Below are positions 53,390 to 64,000 of a stretch of 64,000 nt of DNA, in pieces. This stretch comes from the human T2T-CHM13v2.0 reference genome, Homo sapiens. Both the position numbers and the translations under genes were made by a program. The stretch lies in NCBI RefSeq assembly GCF_009914755.1, contig NC_060933.1; one strand, written 5' to 3'. Numbering within the stretch: the first letter of the stretch is position 1; each line of letters starts with the position of its first letter. The notes below the pieces were generated by a model. The model did no database searches and was not told the DNA's origin. It worked only from the letters and a program-made list of their open reading frames with translations.

Positions 53390-53876
53390 TTAAAGGCAAA
53401 TATCCAAATAATCTAAATTATGTCCACACAAAATGGATAAGCAAGGTGATTGAAAGCCGTATATTGATTAATTGTCCAAAGGATGTATAATGATGCTATC
53501 TCTAGTATAATAACAATAACATTCATAACACATATCCGGGCACTCAAGACATTTTATTTTAAAAACTAGCCTAGGCTACTCCTACTGGTGATAATTAGAT
53601 CAGATATGCAGAATACGAAACAATTAGAATTGGTAGATAAATACAACAAAAGCTTACAAACCTAGCCTAGCTCCAATAATCTATGAGAAACCTCAAGGAA
53701 AAAAATAAAAAAGGAACAGAAACCCAGAACGGGAAAGCTGATCAGCAAGCAAAAGCTATCCTCACAATGTTTGCTAATTAAGATGATCACGGTCACTTGT
53801 GTTTTAATGACCAAAACCGAGGGGACAGGAGACAAGACCTTAGGCTTGAGACAATCCATAGAGCTACAACTATTGA

Positions 53877-54183
<307 letters not shown>

Positions 54184-55114
54184 TGAAGGCCTACTTTCAT
54201 AGGGAAATGATCTAGGAAAAAGAAAACAAAAAAATCTTCTTGCCAGTGAAAGGAGATAAGTTCTCAGCCTCAGTTTGGAGTCTGGGTGGCAAAAGAGAAA
54301 AATGTCTCTTCTGAGAAATTTTTATTCAAAAACTTGTCTTCATACTGGTTTGGGATTTAATTTTAAATGTATTTGTATAGTCAAGGAAAACTTTAAGTGC
54401 ATAAATTAAATGTCTTCTAATTATTAACAACTCAGGTGCTTGGATGAAACACAGGCAATCCTGTAAGAGGGACTGACCCTCGAAATATTTATTACTCACC
54501 ATGAAGTTATACAGACACTAAGACCAAATGAACATGTAAACCACACAATGAAGAGTCAACATAAACAACAAACAACAAAATGCAACCAGAAGGCATTTTA
54601 GACCTTATAATTTTCAGATATAGGATCAAAATATGTATAGGCTTAAACTCTTTAAGGAAACAAATAGGGTGTCAAATTGTGAGCAGGAATTGGGAGGTGA
54701 ACAAAATCAATCAGCAAGATTCTTAAAAAAATAAAAAATATAAATATAAACATTAGAATTATGGGATGAGCTAATATGCATGTTAATAGCCATAGCAATG
54801 CTATCAAACAAAGCCACTTCCTCCAAAAATAGGGTCTTTACTTGCTCGGTGCTGCAAAGGCAATACACAAAACTGAAGGTGAGCACCAAGCAGTGCAAGC
54901 TTTACTTGATGGCCGTGGACTTGAGAAGCAGAAGCATGGCTCACAAATCACTTCTCGACTAATGAGAGGTGAGGAGGTTAAAATAAAATACAGGGTTTCT
55001 CTAATGAAGGGATTGGACATTAAAAGCAAGGGGAAGAATATTCATGCATTTTCCAGGAATGAGCAGCAACTTCACAGAACTCCTAGTGCCACCTTCCTTT
55101 TTGAACTTTTATGA

Positions 55115-55762
<648 letters not shown>

Positions 55763-56630
55763 AGGAGTGCCATTTAGCATGGAAATGAGATTATAATGAA
55801 GCCTGAGGCTTTAGCTATCCTGGTTCTAACAAGTGTTAGTGGGTCTGGTTACAAAGGGAACTTCCTAGAGCAAGTGTCGTGTTTTTTAAAGATAAGCAGA
55901 GTTAGGGCAGTGTGGAAATTCAGCTATGTCATGGCAGCATGCTACCACTTAACAGTAATATCTGAAAAATTAGTAACATGGAAATTTTTTGTACATTTTA
56001 GACAGATCATATAAAAATACAAAGAAATAATATATATGTGATAAATATCAAGTTACATATAAAGTAGAATAAAAATGGCTAAATTATATTGGTTACTTTT
56101 TATTTCATGAGTTGAACTCAACAGGATATAAGGATTGAGCATCTGCCTTTATATGCATATAGTCCAATTCAAACACAAACTGTGCAGTGGAATAACAAGG
56201 AGAAATTGACAAATTTGACAAATCTATCCATGATGGTAGATATCAATGTATCTCCCTCATGAATAAAGAGTTTAATTAGACATAATGTAAAGAAGAATAC
56301 AAGTAATTTAAGGAACATAATGAACAAGACTGATATAATAAACATACACAGAACTCTGAACCTCCAAGTCAGTGACTACTCATTTTTCACAAGTACACAT
56401 GGACAGTTCATTAAAATTGACCATTCACTGGCTAAAGAGCAAGACTCTTGTCTACAATACAATTAAATTAGTAATCAATCAAAAAAATCAAAATCCTAAT
56501 TTTTTTACATTTTAAATATATGTATAAATAACTAATGGATCAAGAAGAAATAAAAAATTTAAACACAAAACCTATAACTTAGAACTTATACATCAGCTGA
56601 AGAAGAAATACAAAGTTAAAATAAACAATA

Positions 56631-57322
<692 letters not shown>

Positions 57323-57559
57323 CAATAATAATTTAAAATAGAGTTAGTTGTTAAAAATAGAGCCACAAGATACACACCAGAGCCATGTGATCTTATACCC
57401 AAATAACAGTGTTCAAGAAATAGTAAATTTTCATCTTTTAATAAATTAGAAAAAGACTCCTCGATTTGAGAAGCTAGCATACCATTGATAACAAAACAAA
57501 TCATAGAATGGTAAAGTAAAATTAGAGAACATTTCCAGTTAGGAATATGGATATAAATA

Positions 57560-57945
57560 CCCTAACTGTGTACCACAAAATATTAAAGAAAGCATCCTGG
57601 TGGAGAAGGAAGGAGGGGTGGATAGGTGGAGCATAGGGGACTTTGAAGGCAGCCATAATATTTTGTCTGATACTGCAATAGTGGATACATGACATTATAA
57701 ATTTGTCAACACCCATAAAATTCTATAACACAGACTGAACCCTAATGTAAAGTATGGATTTCAGTTAATAATAGTGTATCAATGTTGGTTCATCAATTGT
57801 AACACATGCATCACCCTAACGCAAAGTGTTATAGAAAATACGAATTATAGAGAAACGGGGAAGAAGGGAGGTATATATACTCTTTGTACTTTCTCTTCAA
57901 ATTTTTTAAAATGTGAAACTACTCTAAAAAATGTCTATTAAAAAA
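57560..57945 (+). mobile_element. L1MC-type 3' fragment
   Basis: GGATACATGACATTATAAATTTGTCAA..GAACCCTAATGTAAA..GTTCATCAATTGTAAC. Confidence 0.7.
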
Positions 57946-58118
57946 TTATGATCAATTTCAGTTTATCCTAGGAAAGCAAGGATAAGTTAATAAGTATACA
58001 TATATACATATATATAAATTTAATAATCTATACTAACAAATCATTACAGAAAATCACATGCATTTTAGTAGACACAAAACTAACTTGTAATTCATAAAAG
58101 AATGTCTGAGTAACCTGT

Positions 58119-58480
<362 letters not shown>

Positions 58481-58829
58481 TCAAGGTAAAATATAAGAAT
58501 TATTCCGTTTGAAAGGGGTATGATATGCACAAAGATGAAAATTGAGCTCCTATAAAATAACATAAGGATTTGAAATAAAGACACAAAACTTACTGTTTAG
58601 AGTTAGTATCATTGACTATAAAAACCAAGACAATCTTAATTATAACAATGAGGAAGATAACAGAAATTCAGAATATCAAAAATATTTTTATGTAGAAATA
58701 AAAACAAAACATTTAATTTTAGAAATATATTATTTAATGCATTTTTGTTACATGTGTAGTGATAAAATAATAAAATAAATTTAGAAAGAAATATATTATT
58801 TAATAAGATATAAAAATCTGAGGACCAAT

Positions 58830-59060
58830 ACAGTATTGTGGTTAAAACCATGGATTTTGACAGGAACTCCTTTGGTTAAAATTATGACTCATCACTAAGA
58901 GTATAATGGTGAATAAGTTACTTAACGTTCCTTTGCACCCCTTTTCTTATCTAAAACAAATATGAAAGGGATCTGACTCATAGCAGTGTTCTGAGTAATA
59001 TAACAGACATACATAAAACCACTAAAACAATGCTTGGCACATAGTTAATGATTATTCACT
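58830..59060 (+). mobile_element. MIR remnant
   Basis: GTATTGTGGTTAAAACCATGGATTTTG..AAGTTACTTAAC..ACAATGCTTGGCACATAGT. Confidence 0.55.
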
Positions 59061-59304
59061 ACCATTATTACCATCATTGTCATTTTATTATGCAATTTAA
59101 TGTTTGTTCTTTGGTAAGCAATGAATAAGAAATATTAAAAGGTAGAAGCGTGTATAGGTGGGATACGTATCAACATACATATGTATAGGCGTGTGTACAT
59201 ATCAACTACGTAGAGGGTTCAAATCAGGTGAAATTACCTGCATGAATCAACTCTATTCTGGTATCCATATTCAGTAAAAAGCTATCTTTGAAATTGTGAC
59301 TAAC

Positions 59305-59522
59305 CTCTGAAAACAACAATGGCCCATTTGATCCTTTCCTCGTGTATAGTAAAATCTTGACCACGTGGAAAACACATTCTCCTAGCTTCCCTTGATGTTG
59401 GAGACCATCAAGCAAATTACAATAATTCAGAATATCGTACTATGCAACAGAGTTCCTATTCTAATCTGGGTACCTGATCATCAGCACTGGTCATAAATTC
59501 CGTGGTCCTTAAGAGAGTAAAG
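59305..59522 (-). pseudogene. V2R pseudogene exon 4
   Basis: cttttag|CTTTAC..; EFMTSADDQV/NRNSVA*YDILNYCNLLDGLQHQGKLGEC/GQDFTIHEERIKWA..; donor GAG|gttagt. Confidence 0.8.
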
Positions 59523-59609
59523 CTAAAAGGGATGCATCAGGGAGTAATAAAAAAAAATGCATTATGCTATGAAACGTTAACTGAAGCATTGTTCCTCCCT
59601 GATCCTTGA

Positions 59610-59987
<378 letters not shown>

Positions 59988-60316
59988 TGATGATCCATTT
60001 ACAGGCAGTGTGTAAGAATTTTACCGAATGTCTCTGAATATGAGTTTTTCTCATACATAAAATAGAAATAGCAATTCATATCTCTTAATGTTATTTTGAA
60101 TTAAAAGAAAAAATATAATCACCATTTATGATGAACACAAAGTAAGGGCTCAAAACTAATTTCTTTTCCCCAGTCATTTCTAGACAGTTAATATCATAGA
60201 TCAAAAAATTTAAATCAGATTGAAAATGAGTATTGGAAATACGGGACAAATATTTAATCTTAGAACAAATATGACAAAGTTTCTCCTAGCCAGAGATATC
60301 TATGTGATGATCATTT

Positions 60317-60321
60317 ACACA

Positions 60322-60361
<40 letters not shown>
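60317..60361 (+). repeat. (CA)n microsatellite
   Basis: About 22 CA units with one TA interruption. Confidence 0.95.
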
Positions 60362-60364
<3 letters not shown>

Positions 60365-60572
60365 CAAAACTGAAAACTCTCCGGACTATATATGGTTTCT
60401 CATTGTAAAAGCAAGTAGACATATTCATTTTCAGAATTTATATTCAGAATGTAAAATTTCAATGTGTTTTGCCTGAGTTATTATGCAGGTTTTGAGAAAA
60501 TCTCATTTATGACTATATGTTTCAAGAATCGATGGGCTCCAGGGCCGACAATGCCCTAGCGGAAATCATTAC

Positions 60573-61678
60573 CTGCCAGGGATGAAACAGCACTGCATCT
60601 ACATTTTCCTCATATCCCACTGTATTTCTAAAAGCAGCACTTAGCATAGGGCATTGGCTGCACACGCAGCATCATAGATGGTCTTAATGAAATCAGATGC
60701 AATCCAGTCAAAGCAACGCAAAGGCACAGGACCCAAGAAAGCATTTCGTGGGCATCCTCCTAGGGTTTCACAGCCAGAATCAGAAAGGAAGCAATCCAAG
60801 GAAAAAAGCCACAGTTTATTATGGAAAATGTGTTCTGGGTGTACGGAAGGGCTAACTGTCTGAACAAAATGCTGGAAGCCAGGCATCTCACTGTTCTGCT
60901 TTGAAAAAGTGAGAGTCCCATGGAATGGATTAAGTATGAAACTTCCCCCATGTGTGATAAAGTCCCACTGGGAGGTGGTAACACACGCTTTCCACGTTTT
61001 CAAAGTGTTCCATCCCAGAACGTCAGGAGGATTAGGGGGTCTGTGTCACCACAGACAGCAGTCACATTTGTTGATGGATCTTCAGTCTTGGCCAATGTTA
61101 TCCTGCCTGCTGATGGCAGAACACCCTCCAAGACAGTTTATTTGTAAAGCCTGAATAGATGCCTTCCCTGGCCACTTCTCTCAGTTCCTAGAAAAAATGC
61201 CCACCTTTTTTTTTTTTTTTTTTTGAGACGGAGTCTAGCTGTGTCGCCCAGGCTGGAGTGCAGAGGTGCAATCTCGGCTCACAGCAACCTCTGCCTCCCA
61301 GGTTAAAGCGATTCTCCCACCTCAGCCTCCTGAGTAGCTGGGATTACAGGCATGCACCACCATACCCAGCTAATTTTTCTATTTTTAGTAGAGACGGGGT
61401 TTCTCCATGTTGGTCAGGCTGGTCTCGAACTCCCGACTTCAGGTGATCCACCCGCCTTGGCCCTTCAAAGAGCTGGGATTACAGGCGTGAGCCACCGTGC
61501 CTGGCCAAAAATGCCCACCTTTTATGTCATCTGAGACAAGCAGCCCTACCAGGTCTAGCTAAAATGCTGCAACAGCTTCACCATGCCAAGAGGCAAAGAT
61601 GATTCCTTGGGACCATCTGATACAGAGATGGAAACTGTCCTTCATCACTAGGCAAAGGATCAAATGGACATAACTAAT
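60573..61678 (-). pseudogene. V2R pseudogene exon 3, interrupted by an Alu (61206-61506)
   Basis: Acceptor cctctaag|ATTAGTTAT; ISY/PFDPLPSDEGQFPSLYQM/..[23 protein letters not shown]..; VTTSQWDF..FHGTLTFS..; ends FHPWQ|gtaatg. Confidence 0.88.
61206..61506 (-). mobile_element. AluS-like inserted in V2R exon 3
   Basis: TSD AAAAATGCCCACCTTTT. Confidence 0.95.
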
Positions 61679-62186
61679 CTTAGAGGAAAAGGAAAAACAA
61701 TATCCATTTGTATTCAGAAGTGATTTGAGGGAGAAGGGCACAAACACAATACATCAGGCACTTCACTTTCTACTCCTAGAAGAAATTCAAAGCTAGCAAG
61801 TAAATTACTAGAGAAATTGATGAATGTGTGTAAAGGCAAAATGCTCAAAGTTTTTCTTAACAAGAGTTAAAACTGTACTCAACTCATTCATGAGAAAACC
61901 ATTTTGAAGACAAAAGTCCTGATTTGTAGAACATTTGAAGAGCAAGGTTTCATATAGCCATTGGCAAACAGGTAAGCTACAATAAAATTTCTAAGAAACA
62001 TACAAAACTGGTTAATATTATCTGGGGTAATAAAATTGTAAACAAAGTTTCTTCTCTGCCAGCATCCCTTCCCCTCCCCAAAATCTCAGTTTACCAAATC
62101 TCCCTATAAGCTAATCTGCGGGTTTACAGGGCTATAAAAATTCCAATTTTGACTATTAGTCAAGGAAACGATTCTGGAGAGAGTCA

Positions 62187-62505
<319 letters not shown>

Positions 62506-62913
62506 ATTCTTCGGAGATATAGCAGTTAGATAATAACAGCATGATAGTAAAGAATAAAGCAATTATTATTTCACCATTTTGAAGTTGAAGATACTACATT
62601 TTCTTTTGGAAAGGGGAAGATTTACTTGTTCATTTTTTTAAATGTATCATCTTCCCTCTGGGAAAAATTAATCTGGAAAGTAAGTGTTCAGATATAGAGT
62701 TCCCAGAGCTGGCCTGGCTGTGCCAGCCAGGGATGCCTCACTGCTGCCCATCTCATTCTGCCTCCTTACCCTAAATAAACACTGGCAGTGCAAGGACTTT
62801 CTGTCACCTTTGGGGGCATCAAAGACTGTTCTGAGCCACCTTTTGTTGACATGCCTTGTAATAACAGCAAAGGACATTCAATGTCATCTCTGACCCACCC
62901 CATCCTGTCTCAC

Positions 62914-63190
62914 CTGTGGTAGTTTGTAGATTTCCATCAACATCTCCAACTGAAAAACAAATGCTGATATAGTTCCTTCAATCGCTGCTATGGATTTGCT
63001 CTGCCTCTCACATGTATAATTGGGAAGGTTCTCGGCCCCTCCTGACAGCCAAAACAGAGGGCCCTCCAAAGTCCTCTGATCAGTGTTGCAGGCATTGTAG
63101 ACGTGATACCCCAAAGACATGTTGAGTAAGAGCAGCGGGCCCCTGTTGATCTCCTCGATGGCAAAAACGAACACAAAAAGAGTCAAAATG
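62914..63190 (-). pseudogene. V2R pseudogene exon 2 (Venus-flytrap N-lobe); upstream boundary uncertain
   Basis: LFVFVFAIEEINRGPLLLLNMSLGYHVYNAC..LSGGAENLPNYTCERQSKSIAAIEG..YKLPQ then donor CAG|gtgaga. Confidence 0.88.
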
Positions 63191-64000
63191 CATGTTTAGA
63201 GGACAAACTCTCACACCTGCCACTCAAGGCCTCACAAAAGCCATCTCTACCCTGACCTGAGCATGTGAAAATGAGGTATACAAGACTCAGAGAGCCGTGA
63301 ATTAGCTGAGTACCAGAGGATAAATCAGTATGCAAAGAGAGTACAATTTAAGACACTGCAATTTAATGGTGAGTTGGGTTTCCAAAGGAGTCAGTATGGC
63401 AGGACTTCAAGGGCGTTTATTCACTTTGTTTACCAAGAAACTAACCAGTGGCTGAAATTGAAACTAAAGTAGACAGTGGGCGTGGGATAAGAAAGGATAT
63501 TGAGGATAAAAGATCAGGGTCCATATAAGAGGCCAGGCTGGACAAGGAATCAGAGAGGGCAGGTAAGAAAGGAGAATGTATTTTGGAGGAAATGGCCTCA
63601 CACATTGGCTGGGTTGCGGATGCTTAAACATCATTTGGTTGTGCCTCTTGGGTCAGAAAAAATAAATCCAGGCTTTAGAGTCCTTAGAAAAGAGTGGGGA
63701 AGCATGGCATTGTAATGATTCTGGGAGAAGCATAAAGAGGCCAACAATGACTAATCACAAGCAAAGCAAAGAAAATTCTAAAAGCATTGTGGCCTTTAAA
63801 AAAAAATTTATATCACCCAAATACCTCAAGCAATGCTGGCAAGAGCTAAATTCAATTTTCCTTCACTCTTTTTCTGACTTACAAGCAGCCTCATTTCATG
63901 TTGAAATGCCTCCCTTCCCCAAAGTTGCAGGATAAGCACAATCCCAACAAATGACCCAATAGAACAAGGACTGCCTTCAGCTATGTTGTTCTTTTTAATT

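Overview
Primate (human or great-ape-like) AT-rich genomic DNA, not microbial. The + strand carries the last six coding exons (about exons 19-24) and 3' UTR of a CNTNAP3/Caspr3-family gene: last laminin-G domain, stalk, TM helix and short tail ending KKEEC*, all with GT-AG junctions in matching phases. Converging on it from the - strand is a decayed unprocessed vomeronasal type-2 receptor (V2R, class C GPCR) pseudogene; exons 2-6 are recognisable, broken by stops, frameshifts, an Alu and a THE1 LTR. This pairing fits the chr9 pericentromeric CNTNAP3/VN2R segmental-duplication cluster, but I cannot tell which copy or species it is. The rest is repeats: 29 Alus (unusually many AluY-like), a near full-length old L1PA, L1M pieces, an LTR12C solo LTR, MaLR/ERV1 LTRs, MER3, MIR and microsatellites. 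I found no new multi-gene system. The best observation is a 'fossil' Caspr4-like C-terminal tail (..SELDVQNAVHENQKERVF*) still open in the +1 frame across the CNTNAP3 stop, implying a frameshift in an A7 run removed the ancestral PDZ-type tail. Repeat subfamily names and reference-protein comparisons are from memory, not searches.
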